From Candidatus Omnitrophota bacterium (lineage in GTDB: Bacteria > Omnitrophota > Gorgyraeia > Tantalellales > Tantalellaceae), in NCBI GenBank assembly GCA_014728045.1, contig WJMH01000012.1:63239-127238 (forward strand): 64,000 nucleotides of DNA, given 5' to 3'. A program made the translations under genes and the position numbers. Below the pieces are notes generated by a model. It was not told the DNA's origin and did not search any database. It saw nothing but the letters and a program-made list of their open reading frames with translations. Shown in pieces: positions 27,485 to 36,940 of the stretch (position 1 is the stretch's first letter; the number at the start of each line of letters is the position of its first letter).

Positions 27485-28303
27485 ATGAATAAAAAGGACT
27501 TGGGCGCGTTAAAGGAAAAGGCGCGGCAATACCGGAAGCAGATCCTCAAGGTCGTATCCGCTGCCGGCAGCGGACATCCGGGAGGGTCCCTCTCAGCAGT
27601 TGAGATACTCACCAGCCTTTACTGCTACAAGATGAGGCACGATCCCGCGCGGCCCGGCTGGCGCATGAGGGACAGGTTCATCATGTCCAAGGGGCATGCT
27701 TCACCGGCTCTATATGTCACGCTGGCGGACCGGGGGTTTTTCTCCGAGGAAGAACTGGCTACATTCAGGAAGATCGACAGCCGTCTTCAGGGGCATGTGC
27801 ACACGAGCGTTCCGGGTGTTGAGCTTTCAACCGGGTCCCTGGGCCAGGGGCTTTCGGTCGCGAACGGTGTCGCCCTGGCGGCCAAGATCCGGAAGAAGGA
27901 TTTTAAGGTTTATTGTCTACTGGGCGACGGTGAGATCCAGGAAGGCCAGATATGGGAAGCGGCCATGACCGCGCCCCAGCATGAACTGGATAACCTGTGC
28001 GCGATCCTAGACGCCAATGGACTGCAACAGAACGAACCGGTCGCCAAGGTGAAGGACCTGGAACCATTGGCGGACAAATGGAAGGATTTCGGCTGGAACG
28101 TTCTGGAGGTTGACGGCCACGACCTGGGCGAGTTGACCGATGCCCTGGACCAAAGCGGGTTGGTCAAGGGCAGGCCCACTTTTATCATTGCCCGGACGGT
28201 CAAGGGCAAGGGGGTTTCCTTCATGGAGGGTAAGACCGAATGGCACGGTAAAGCGCCCGAAAAGGAGGAGCTGGAAAAGGCTCTCGAAGAACTCGGGTTT
28301 TAG
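27485..28303 (+). CDS. tkt: transketolase, N-terminal (TPP-binding) subunit
   Basis: 'GSGHPGGSLS', 'GDGEIQEGQIWEA', about 270 aa, followed directly by the C-terminal subunit gene. Confidence 0.85.
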   Translation: MNKKDLGALKEKARQYRKQILKVVSAAGSGHPGGSLSAVEILTSLYCYKMRHDPARPGWRMRDRFIMSKGHASPALYVTLADRGFFSEEELATFRKIDSRLQGHVHTSVPGVELSTGSLGQGLSVANGVALAAKIRKKDFKVYCLLGDGEIQEGQIWEAAMTAPQHELDNLCAILDANGLQQNEPVAKVKDLEPLADKWKDFGWNVLEVDGHDLGELTDALDQSGLVKGRPTFIIARTVKGKGVSFMEGKTEWHGKAPEKEELEKALEELGF

Positions 28304-28317
28304 CGGGAAGGTACCGG

Positions 28318-29268
28318 ATGGAACAGAAGAAAGCTACAAGGGATGCTTTCGGGGAAGCTATTCTCCGGATGGGCAGGGAAAACGAGGATATCGTGGTGCT
28401 TTCGGCCGATCTTGAGGATTCGACGCGGACAGAATCTTTCAAGAACGAATTCCCCGAAAGGTTCTTCAATCTAGGCATAGCAGAACAGGACCTTTTGGGT
28501 ACGGCCGCGGGGCTTTCCATGGAAGGCCTAATACCCTTCGCATGTTCTTTCGCGGTTTTTATCACTAACCAGGCTTACGGTATACTCCGCATCTCGATCT
28601 GCTATGACAACAGGAACGTTAAGATCATCGGTTCCCATGCAGGTATAACCGTGGGTCCTGATGGGGCGACCGCCCAGTGCCTGGAGGACCTGGCGATAAC
28701 CCGCGTTTTGCCGAACCTCACGGTTCTCTCGCCCTGTGACGCGGTAGAGGCGACCAAAGCGACAGAAGCCATGGCAGGTATAAGAGGTCCGGTTTATATG
28801 CGTCTTGGAAGAACGGCTTTTCCGGTGATAACCGCTGAGCGGGACGCGTTCGAGATAGGTAAGGCCAACGTTATGCGTGAGGGTAAGGATGTCGCGGTGT
28901 TAGCAACAGGGCTTATGGTATCGGAATCACTGAAGGCGGCCCGCATGCTCTCCGAGGAAGGTATTGAGGCACGGGTTATCAATATCCATACCGTTAAACC
29001 CATTGATGAGGATGAGATAATACGCGCGGCCCGTGAGACCGCAGCGGTGGTAACGGCAGAAGAGCACCAGGTGCACGGAGGTCTGGGCAGCGCTGTCGCG
29101 GAAGTACTCGCCTGTCATTCCCCGGTCCCGGTTGAAATGATAGCGGTCAGGGATATCTTCGGCGAATCGGGGCAGCCGGAAGAACTTCTTGCTAAATACC
29201 ATCTTACCGACACGGATATAGCCGAAGCCTGCAGGAGGGTTCTCCGGAGGAAGAAAGAAATTGGATAA
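28318..29268 (+). CDS. tkt: transketolase, C-terminal (pyrimidine-binding) subunit
   Basis: Typical split-transketolase second half ('FNLGIAEQDLLGTAAGLS', C-terminal domain). Confidence 0.85.
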   Translation: MEQKKATRDAFGEAILRMGRENEDIVVLSADLEDSTRTESFKNEFPERFFNLGIAEQDLLGTAAGLSMEGLIPFACSFAVFITNQAYGILRISICYDNRNVKIIGSHAGITVGPDGATAQCLEDLAITRVLPNLTVLSPCDAVEATKATEAMAGIRGPVYMRLGRTAFPVITAERDAFEIGKANVMREGKDVAVLATGLMVSESLKAARMLSEEGIEARVINIHTVKPIDEDEIIRAARETAAVVTAEEHQVHGGLGSAVAEVLACHSPVPVEMIAVRDIFGESGQPEELLAKYHLTDTDIAEACRRVLRRKKEIG

Positions 29269-29313
29269 ATCGAGCGAGGTCCAGTTATTAAGCTGAACGG
29301 AATGTAATCGGAG

Positions 29314-29889
29314 GTGAAAATGAAAGTTCCTTTACAGATCAGTTTCAGAGGTATACCCGCCAGTGATGATATCAAGGCCCTGGTGGAGGAGAAGACGGGC
29401 AAACTGGAAGAGGTGTGTGACCATATCAATAGCTGCAGGGTCGCCATTGAAAAGACGCAGGAGCACCAGGAAAGAGGAAACCCCTACAGGGTGCGCCTTG
29501 ATATCACCGTCACGCCCGGTCATGAAATAGCCGTAAGGAGAGAGCCCAGCAGGGGGGACCTTCATAAACCTCTTGAATTCGTCGTCCGTGACGCTTTCCA
29601 CGCCGCGCGGGGACAGCTGATCGAACTTACCGACCGCCAGAGGCGCGAGGTGAAAACCCATCCGCACCAGCAGGCCAACGCGCTGGTCTCCAAGGTCTTC
29701 ACCGACCAGGGATACGGTTTCTTGGAGACTATAGACGGACGGGAAATATATTTTCACCAGAACAGTGTTCTGAATAACGGTTTTGAACGCTTGAAACCGG
29801 GGACCGCTGTTCGTTACGTCGAGGAAGAGGGCCAGAAGGGGCCCCAGGCGAGCACGGTGCATATCATTGAACAGATATCCGACCTTTAA
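29314..29889 (+). CDS. fusion protein: ribosome hibernation factor-like (HPF/RaiA, S30AE) domain plus cold-shock (CSD/OB) domain
   Basis: N-terminus aligns with short HPF ('VPLQISFRGIPASDDIKALVEEKTGKLEE...'). C-terminus matches the CSD consensus ('GYGFLETIDGREIYFHQNSV...GFERLKPGTAVRYVEEEGQKGPQASTVHI'). Confidence 0.6.
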   Translation: MKMKVPLQISFRGIPASDDIKALVEEKTGKLEEVCDHINSCRVAIEKTQEHQERGNPYRVRLDITVTPGHEIAVRREPSRGDLHKPLEFVVRDAFHAARGQLIELTDRQRREVKTHPHQQANALVSKVFTDQGYGFLETIDGREIYFHQNSVLNNGFERLKPGTAVRYVEEEGQKGPQASTVHIIEQISDL

Positions 29890-29897
29890 TCTCAAAT

Positions 29898-30626
29898 ATG
29901 AAGATAAGATTTCTGGGCACCAGAGGCTATATAAAGCCCCGGTCGTCATCGCATAAGATGCACAGCTGCATGATGGTGTCCTATTACACTACACGCCTTT
30001 TGGTGGACTGCGGCGAGGACTGGCTCGGACGGGTTGAGGAACTCTCCCCGGACGCTATAGTTCTCACGCACGCGCATCCTGACCACGCGTGGGGGCTTAA
30101 ACGATGTGCGCCCTGCCCCGTGCATGCTACCGCCGAAACCTGGGAGGAGATTAAGGATTTTGATGTCGCAGAGAATAACCGCAGGAAGATCTCCCCTGGA
30201 AGGAAGAAGACCATTGGCAGGCTGAGCGTTAAAGCTTTTACCGTCGAACATTCCACGCGCTGCCCCGCGGTCGGATACAGGATAGAAGCGGGTGATAGCA
30301 AGATATTTTACGCGCCCGATCTGGTCTATATCCATGACAGGGAAAAAGCGCTTAAGGGGATAGATCTTTACATCGGTGACGGGGCCACCCTCAAAAGCCC
30401 AATGGTCAGAAAAAGAGGGAACAGGCTCATCGGGCATGTTCCGGTTAGAACGCAGCTTACCTGGTGCGCTAAGGAAAATGTCCCCCGAGCAGCTATCACG
30501 CACTGCGGCTCCGGTATCGTTAAAGCCGACCCCCGAAAGCTCGCCAATGATCTGAGAAAAATGGCTGATGAAAGAGGCGTCGAAGCTTTTATAGCAAAAG
30601 ACGGCATGGAACTTGTGCTGAGGTGA
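29898..30626 (+). CDS. MBL-fold metallo-hydrolase
   Basis: 'HAHPDHAWGL' HxHxDH motif. Confidence 0.7.
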   Translation: MKIRFLGTRGYIKPRSSSHKMHSCMMVSYYTTRLLVDCGEDWLGRVEELSPDAIVLTHAHPDHAWGLKRCAPCPVHATAETWEEIKDFDVAENNRRKISPGRKKTIGRLSVKAFTVEHSTRCPAVGYRIEAGDSKIFYAPDLVYIHDREKALKGIDLYIGDGATLKSPMVRKRGNRLIGHVPVRTQLTWCAKENVPRAAITHCGSGIVKADPRKLANDLRKMADERGVEAFIAKDGMELVLR

Positions 30627-30824
30627 GCGGTATCGTCCCTTCCCGGAAAGAGGTGCTTTACCCCCCAGGAGTATTCCGGCGCGCGGTAGAATAAAGTCAG
30701 TAAAAAGTGGATTCTGCCAATTGCCTGCGGGTAAGTAATCTATAATAATATTATTAAAAGATTTTCAGCGGCGGATTGATCATTTTGGGATGTTAACGGA
30801 TCTATCGATAGGGGTGTATAAGGG

Positions 30825-31517
30825 ATGAAAGAGAATATCAAGATAGTTCAGCACGGAAGCGGGACGTTTTCCGACAGAAGCCATGCGGGCAAGATGCTGG
30901 CGGAAGCTCTAAAGGATTACGATCTGGAGGATCCGTTGATATTGGGCATACCAAGGGGCGGAGTGGTAGTGGCCGAGGAAGTTGCCGATTCGCTCGGTTC
31001 GCAACTCGATATAGTCCTTTCGAGCAAACTGGCAGCACCGGTCAATCCGGAACTGGCCATCGGTGCCGTCAGTGAAACCGGAAAGGTATTTATGGATCCC
31101 CGCCTCTCTTCGAGAGAATGGCCCGAAGGGTATATCGAGTCGGAGAAGAGAGAAAAAATGGGAAAGATCGAGCGCCGCAGGGAGATTTTCCGTAAGGCAA
31201 GGCCCAAAGCGCGGATGGAAGGAAGGACCCTGGTGGTGGTCGATGACGGCCTGGCCACGGGTTCCACGATGGAAGCGGCTCTGTGGGGAGCACGGCAGGA
31301 AAGGCCTTCAAAACTCATAGCCGCTGTTCCCGTCGCATCGGAAAGCGCCCTGGGAAGGATAAGCGAGGCTGCCGACCAGGTCCTGTGTGTCCGCCTTCCG
31401 AGCCTCTTCATGGCGGTAAGCCAGTTTTACGCGAACTTTCCGCAGACCACCGATGAGGAAGTTATTGAAATACTCAAAAAAGCTAGTACGAAGGAGAAGA
31501 AAGGCAATGGACCTTGA
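30825..31517 (+). CDS. phosphoribosyltransferase-domain protein
   Basis: PRPP-binding loop 'LVVVDDGLATGSTM'. Confidence 0.65.
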   Translation: MKENIKIVQHGSGTFSDRSHAGKMLAEALKDYDLEDPLILGIPRGGVVVAEEVADSLGSQLDIVLSSKLAAPVNPELAIGAVSETGKVFMDPRLSSREWPEGYIESEKREKMGKIERRREIFRKARPKARMEGRTLVVVDDGLATGSTMEAALWGARQERPSKLIAAVPVASESALGRISEAADQVLCVRLPSLFMAVSQFYANFPQTTDEEVIEILKKASTKEKKGNGP

Positions 31518-31911
31518 TAAGAGGGCAATGGATATTTTCAGGAGGACCGGATACGCATTTATAGCCACTTCTTCCAACGGAGTTTCTCACCTGGCCGTTA
31601 CAAGCGGACTTGATTTCACCGGTCGAGGCGGAATAGTGGTAAGTGAATGGTTCTGCCCGAGAACTCTTGAGAACCTGGAGGTTAATCCCTGGCTCTCTAT
31701 CGTTATTTGGGACCCCGAGGAGGATAAGGGGGTACAGATATATGGACGCAAAAAAGATCTAAAGGAAACAGAGGTGCTTGACGGTCAACCGGCGACGATG
31801 GAGAGGAACCGGCATATTCCGCAAGTCAATAGCTCCCTCTCCATAGAGGTCGAGCGCGTGAGCGAATTCGTCAAAGGACCGCACAGTGACGACCGTATAA
31901 GGGGGAAGTGA
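31507..31911 (+). CDS. small FMN-binding split-barrel (PNPOx-like) protein, tentative
   Basis: Start taken at 'MDLDKRAMD', overlapping the upstream stop. Size and composition only; weak. Confidence 0.3.
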   Translation: MDLDKRAMDIFRRTGYAFIATSSNGVSHLAVTSGLDFTGRGGIVVSEWFCPRTLENLEVNPWLSIVIWDPEEDKGVQIYGRKKDLKETEVLDGQPATMERNRHIPQVNSSLSIEVERVSEFVKGPHSDDRIRGK

Positions 31912-32570
31912 TGAAAAATAATATAATAGAGATAAATGTCGATAAGGGCGTGCTCAAGGGCGAATTGAACATACCGGAGAGAGCCCGACAGTTAATACTT
32001 TTTGCGCACGGAAGCGCCAGCGGATGGCAGAGCCCGAGGAACAGACATGTTGCTTCCCGTTTCCAGAAGGAAGGATATGCCACCTTGCTTTTTGACCTTC
32101 TTACCGGAGAGGAAGCGCGTGAGGATGCGGTAAACGCCAATTTCAGGTTCAATATAGCTCTTTTGTCGCAGAGGATGAAACAGGCCACGCGGTGGGCATC
32201 CGCTTTGCCGGAGGCTTCCGGTGTGGAGATAGCCTATTTCGGTTCAAGTACGGGTGTAGCCGCGGCTATAATCTCTGCTGTCGAGCTTGAAGGGAAGATC
32301 ACCTCTCTGGTATCAAGAGGTGGAAGGTCCGATATGGCAGAAGAACATTTACCGAACCTTAAAAGCCCCATTCTTTTCGTGGTAGGAGGCAATGACCCCG
32401 TGGTGATGGATATTAACCGCAGGTCCGCCAAGAAGTTGACCTGCGAAAACAGTATAGAGGTAATAGAAGGGGCATCCCATCTATTTGAGGAGCCCGGGGC
32501 GCTGGACAGGGTCGCGGAACTGGCAGCCGACTGGTATGCTCGGCACCCCGGGACCGTAAAGAGTAAATAA
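31908..32570 (+). CDS. alpha/beta hydrolase (dienelactone hydrolase family)
   Basis: 'ILFAHGSASG', nucleophile elbow 'GSSTG', C-terminal 'ASHLFEEPG'. Confidence 0.6.
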   Translation: MMKNNIIEINVDKGVLKGELNIPERARQLILFAHGSASGWQSPRNRHVASRFQKEGYATLLFDLLTGEEAREDAVNANFRFNIALLSQRMKQATRWASALPEASGVEIAYFGSSTGVAAAIISAVELEGKITSLVSRGGRSDMAEEHLPNLKSPILFVVGGNDPVVMDINRRSAKKLTCENSIEVIEGASHLFEEPGALDRVAELAADWYARHPGTVKSK

Positions 32571-32680
32571 CACGCTTGGAACCGGGAAAATTCTCCGGTG
32601 TCTAAGAGGATATCGATAATATGCTTTTTCCGGTATCCGCCTTTGCGAAGAAACCGGAACAAAAGAAAAGGAGCGTTCTA

Positions 32681-33052
32681 ATGAAGAATAAGTTTTTTAT
32701 TTTGGTATTCATAATAGCTGTAATGGTCGCGTTCTTGAGCCCGGCGGTGATTTCATCAGCGGACGATGATTCATCAAGGCTCCTGAAAAGAGGACTTTTG
32801 GGGGCCGGAGCAGGCGCGGCGGGCAGCGCCGCCGGCGGCGGCAACGTCGGCACAGGTGCTTTGGTCGGAGCGGGAGTGAACGTTGTCGGAGGAGCCTTGC
32901 TGGATTCAATGACCGGCGAAAAAGTAAGGGACGCCGACGAAGTTCAGAAAATGGATCCCCAGGCCGCCTACAAGAGGGGATACAAGGACGGTTACAATAA
33001 CGGCTACAAAGCGGGCTACAAAGAAGGTATACAGGAAAATATGCCGAAATAG
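32681..33052 (+). CDS. secreted glycine-rich (glycine-zipper-like) small protein
   Basis: Signal peptide. 'GLLGAGAGAAGSAAGGGNVGTGALVGAGVNVVGGALL'. Tyr/Lys-rich C-terminal repeats 'GYKDGYNNGYKAGYKEG'. Confidence 0.35.
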   Translation: MKNKFFILVFIIAVMVAFLSPAVISSADDDSSRLLKRGLLGAGAGAAGSAAGGGNVGTGALVGAGVNVVGGALLDSMTGEKVRDADEVQKMDPQAAYKRGYKDGYNNGYKAGYKEGIQENMPK

Positions 33053-33242
33053 GTTTAGTCTGGCAGCTTACGGGTGAAAGGATCCTGAAGTATTACCCGG
33101 CACGGCCGCTTCTGTCCGGAAAAGCTCATCCGGAACGTGCTTTCCAGATGTTAAACTTGACAGAACTGGCCTGCCCATTATAGTTAATATTATGGGAAGG
33201 GCCCCCATTATTTATTTCGGATGCGGGTAATAGACGTAATAT

Positions 33243-33692
33243 ATGGAGAAAGATAAATTCAATATCACAGAAGCTGTGGTCCGGAGGGCTGATGCCGGGG
33301 ACCAGGAATACATAAACGAGAAGCTTGAAAAATATCTTTTGGATCGGGAAGACCCCGATTGGCGCAACTTCTATGTGGTCAAATATAAAGATAGAACCGT
33401 CGGTTTCGGAAGGATTATAGATCACGGTGCGTATCTGGAACTTGCTTCTATCGGGGTGGATTATTATTTTCGGGGAAAAGACATAGGGACCAGATTGACA
33501 AGGTTCCTTGTAAAAGAGGCGAAGAAAACGGCGCCTGGTAAGGAAGTTTATCTTGTAACGCACATACCGGGGTATTTCAGAAGGGCCGGCTTCAAAGAAA
33601 TAAAAGGCCCGGGTCCCGAAGAACTGGAGTATAAGCGCCATAATAAATGCAAGCTTGACGCTTCGCGGATTAAGATCATGAAACTATCCTGA
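33243..33692 (+). CDS. GNAT-family N-acetyltransferase
   Basis: Acetyl-CoA-binding-like block 'RGKDIGTRLTRFLVKEAKK' and overall GNAT length. Confidence 0.55.
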   Translation: MEKDKFNITEAVVRRADAGDQEYINEKLEKYLLDREDPDWRNFYVVKYKDRTVGFGRIIDHGAYLELASIGVDYYFRGKDIGTRLTRFLVKEAKKTAPGKEVYLVTHIPGYFRRAGFKEIKGPGPEELEYKRHNKCKLDASRIKIMKLS

Positions 33693-33711
33693 ACCGGCAA
33701 AGGAGGTCGAT

Positions 33712-34002
33712 ATGGGTTTACGCGAGGAACAGAAAAACAAGGTCGAAGCTCAGATCAAGGAATGGGACGCCAAGATCGAAGAACTCAAAGCTAAAGCCGC
33801 ACAGGTCACATCCGATAACAAGATCGAATACTTCAGGCAGATAGAAAAGCTGGAGAACAAGAGGGACGCGGTAAAGAAGGATCTGGAGGAAATGGTCTCT
33901 TCGGGTGAGGACAAGGTGGAGCTGTTCAAGGAAAAACTTGATGCCGCCGTGGAGGAGGCCAAAGGCATACTGGAAGGTATCGCTTCAATGTTCGGCAGGT
34001 GA
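33712..34002 (+). CDS. small coiled-coil protein, unknown
   Basis: Heptad-rich, highly charged 96-aa ORF. Confidence 0.3.
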   Translation: MGLREEQKNKVEAQIKEWDAKIEELKAKAAQVTSDNKIEYFRQIEKLENKRDAVKKDLEEMVSSGEDKVELFKEKLDAAVEEAKGILEGIASMFGR

Positions 34003-34031
34003 GCGCACCGTTCATCATCCGGGGATTTATC

Positions 34032-34655
34032 ATGGTACAAGATAAAAAAAGCACTTTTGGCACAAGATTGCGCAGGTACCTGATCTCAGGTATCGCTACG
34101 GTTCTGCCCCTGTTTATAACCTTTTACATAATAGGGTTCCTATTTCACCTAGCCAACAGGTTCATGGGAAGATATATCAACGATTTTCTCGTGGCGAATT
34201 ACGGATTTTCAATACCGGGACTGGGGTTGTTGCTTCTTGTTGCCGTAACGGTATTTATCGGGGCTTTCGTGAGCAATTTCGTAGGGCGAAAGCTTTTCAG
34301 CCTTGCTGAAAGATTCTTCTACAAAACCCCGGTCGTGGCGAACATATACCCATCGGCCAAGAAACTTTCCGACTTTCTTTTCAAGGAGGAAGAAAAAAAG
34401 AAGTTCAGGAAAGTGGTGCTGGTGGAATATCCCGCACCAGGTTCTTATTCAATAGGATTTCTGACCAATAAGGGCATAGATGAGTTCAACCGCAAGACCG
34501 GCAAAGAGCTGATCACGGTACTGGTGCCGCTATCGCCCATGCCGTATTCCGGGCTGCTTCTTATCTTACCTAAAGAAAAGCTGCTGGAAGTGGATATGAC
34601 GATAAACGAGGCCCTTAAACTGGTCGTTTCCAGCGGAGTTGTTGTCCCTGAATAA
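34032..34655 (+). CDS. DUF502-family membrane protein
   Basis: Two N-terminal TM helices 'ISGIATVLPLFITFYIIGFLF', then a soluble domain. Start chosen at the internal Met of the ORF. Confidence 0.5.
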   Translation: MVQDKKSTFGTRLRRYLISGIATVLPLFITFYIIGFLFHLANRFMGRYINDFLVANYGFSIPGLGLLLLVAVTVFIGAFVSNFVGRKLFSLAERFFYKTPVVANIYPSAKKLSDFLFKEEEKKKFRKVVLVEYPAPGSYSIGFLTNKGIDEFNRKTGKELITVLVPLSPMPYSGLLLILPKEKLLEVDMTINEALKLVVSSGVVVPE

Positions 34656-34687
34656 ATAAAGCCCTGAAAAGCTAGAAAGGTTTAAAC

Positions 34688-36940
34688 ATGTGGACGAAAT
34701 GGCTTCCATGGAGACTCATAATAAGGATATTGGCCAAGGAGCACGGGTTTATAGACCCGTTCCAGCTTCTCTCGCGTCTTACCACAATGGCGCAGCCTTC
34801 GGAAGTTCTGGCGCCGGTGGAACTCTTGCGTCTTGCGGCAGTACTTCATGCCAGGGGGCTTATAAACAGCCAGGTCATACAGAATAACCTTGACTGGTTA
34901 TGGCCTTACTGGGTGCAGAAACAGTTCGATCCCGCCAGCAGGTCATTTGTCCCGAGAGCTTTTTCCCTTACGCATATCAATCTCACTCACAGGAACTGGA
35001 CAGCCGTAGGTATACCCGGCGTGGAACAGATGCCTATAGTCGACCCCAGGGGGCTGGTAACCCCTCTTTATGACGGGTGGTCCATTGACAGCTGGCTTGT
35101 TGGCGAAGACGGCTACAGGTTAGTCCCTTCAAGAGCGCTCCGGGTGTGCCAGAAGCTTGAAATGCTGGAGAACCTGTCGGTCATGACCGATTCCGTGGAG
35201 GGGAAGAACTACCTCACCCAGAGGGTGGAGGTCGAGAACGAAAAAGGAGAGAACATTTGCAGGATAAGGCTCACTGGCAGCACTGAAAAGGAAGCTTATC
35301 TTGTGGTCTCCTTGAGGCCCTGTAACCCGGAAGGTATAAGCTTTATTCACGAGGTATCCATGATCCCATCGGGATGGCTGGTCAACAAGAAGAACAGGAT
35401 CGTTTTCGAGAACACACCGGACGGCCGGATCTTCTCCGAATATGCCCGGGGGGATGTTTTCAATGATCTATTCAGATGGGACCAGAAGCAAAATATAACC
35501 TGTAATGTGGGGCTCTGCACCGCCGCGGCGCTTTTCAAGATCGAACCCGGCGGTGAAAGAGATATAACCGTGAGCGTGCCTCTGGGAGAGGAAGAGGACA
35601 GATCCGGTAAGGGCGTTGGGATCATCCAGGAAAAATGGAAGGATACTGTCTCGGGGGTCACCAGACTTGAAATTCCCGATGAAAAAATAAAATATCTCTA
35701 TGATGCATCAATAAGGAACCTCATACTGCTTTCTCCTGAGAAGATCTACGCGGGTCCCTTTACCTATAAGCAGTTCTGGTTCAGGGACGCGGCCTACGCT
35801 CTTAACGCCATGCTGTCGGTGAACCTGAAAGAAAGGGCGCGTAATATCATTGACGCTTTTCCAAAGATGCAGACCCCTACGGGTTATTTCAGGTCCCAGG
35901 ACGGCGAATGGGATTCCAACGGGCAGGTCCTCTGGTCGATGAAAAGATACTCGGAACTTACCGGCAGGGCGCCCGAAGAGTCCTGGCGCAGGTCCATAGC
36001 CAGCGCCGTCAGGTGGATACACCGGAAAAGATCATCCAGGAAGCAGGATCCCAAATGCTCGGGGCTTTTCCCCGCGGGTTTCAGCGCCGAACATTTCGGT
36101 CCGAATGATTTTTACTACTGGGACGACTTCTGGGGAGTGGCGGGCCTCGAGGCGGGAGAGCTTATGGCCGGGATGACCGGCAACAAGGCCCTTGCCGAGG
36201 AGTGCCGCGTTGAAAAGGGATCTTTCCTCAAGGCGATAAACGAAAGCATCTCCAAAACGCAGAAGGAAGAGGGCATATCGACCGTTCCGGCCTCTCCCTT
36301 CAGGCGCATGGATTCAAGCGCAGTGGGTACGATGGTCGCGGGTTACCCCCTTAAGATATACGGTCCGCGGGAGAAGGCCATACTGGATACCGCTGATTTC
36401 CTCATTGAAAAGGATTTCTTGAACGGGCTTTTCTTCCATGAAATAGCTCATTCGGGTGTGAACATATATTTGAGCCTGCAGATAGCACAGGTCCTCCTGA
36501 GGGCGGGGGATACAAGGTTCATCGGCATCATGGACGCGGCAGGCGAGATCGCCTCCGACACCGGCCAGTGGCCCGAAGCCATACATCCCTGGACAGGCGG
36601 GGGATGCATGGGTGACGGACAGCATTTATGGGCGGCCGCAGAGTGGGTGATGATGGTACGCAACTGTTTCATAACAGAAGAAAAGGATAAGCTCGTCCTC
36701 TGTTCCGGGATCCGGGACGAATGGCTGGCCGAGGGCAACAGGCTCTTTTTCGGACCCGCTCCGACGCCTTTCGGAGATTGCAGTATAGAGATCGCCTGTT
36801 TCGGGGGAAAGATCAGCGTAGGACTTGACGCGGACTGGCGGGGGAAGAGGCCGGAAGTGGAAGTACGGTTACCCGGCCGGCCCGCCGTGCACATGGGCGA
36901 GGGGAGCGATACCGTCCAGATAGAGGCAGGTGCGGAATGA
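34688..36940 (+). CDS. (alpha/alpha)6-barrel glycoside hydrolase (GDE/GH63/GH15-like)
   Basis: 'FWFRDAAYALNAML', 'YYWDDFWGVAGL', 'QWPEAIHPWTGGGCMGDGQHLWAAAEW' resemble amylo-1,6-glucosidase and GH63 barrels. Confidence 0.5.
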   Translation: MWTKWLPWRLIIRILAKEHGFIDPFQLLSRLTTMAQPSEVLAPVELLRLAAVLHARGLINSQVIQNNLDWLWPYWVQKQFDPASRSFVPRAFSLTHINLTHRNWTAVGIPGVEQMPIVDPRGLVTPLYDGWSIDSWLVGEDGYRLVPSRALRVCQKLEMLENLSVMTDSVEGKNYLTQRVEVENEKGENICRIRLTGSTEKEAYLVVSLRPCNPEGISFIHEVSMIPSGWLVNKKNRIVFENTPDGRIFSEYARGDVFNDLFRWDQKQNITCNVGLCTAAALFKIEPGGERDITVSVPLGEEEDRSGKGVGIIQEKWKDTVSGVTRLEIPDEKIKYLYDASIRNLILLSPEKIYAGPFTYKQFWFRDAAYALNAMLSVNLKERARNIIDAFPKMQTPTGYFRSQDGEWDSNGQVLWSMKRYSELTGRAPEESWRRSIASAVRWIHRKRSSRKQDPKCSGLFPAGFSAEHFGPNDFYYWDDFWGVAGLEAGELMAGMTGNKALAEECRVEKGSFLKAINESISKTQKEEGISTVPASPFRRMDSSAVGTMVAGYPLKIYGPREKAILDTADFLIEKDFLNGLFFHEIAHSGVNIYLSLQIAQVLLRAGDTRFIGIMDAAGEIASDTGQWPEAIHPWTGGGCMGDGQHLWAAAEWVMMVRNCFITEEKDKLVLCSGIRDEWLAEGNRLFFGPAPTPFGDCSIEIACFGGKISVGLDADWRGKRPEVEVRLPGRPAVHMGEGSDTVQIEAGAE

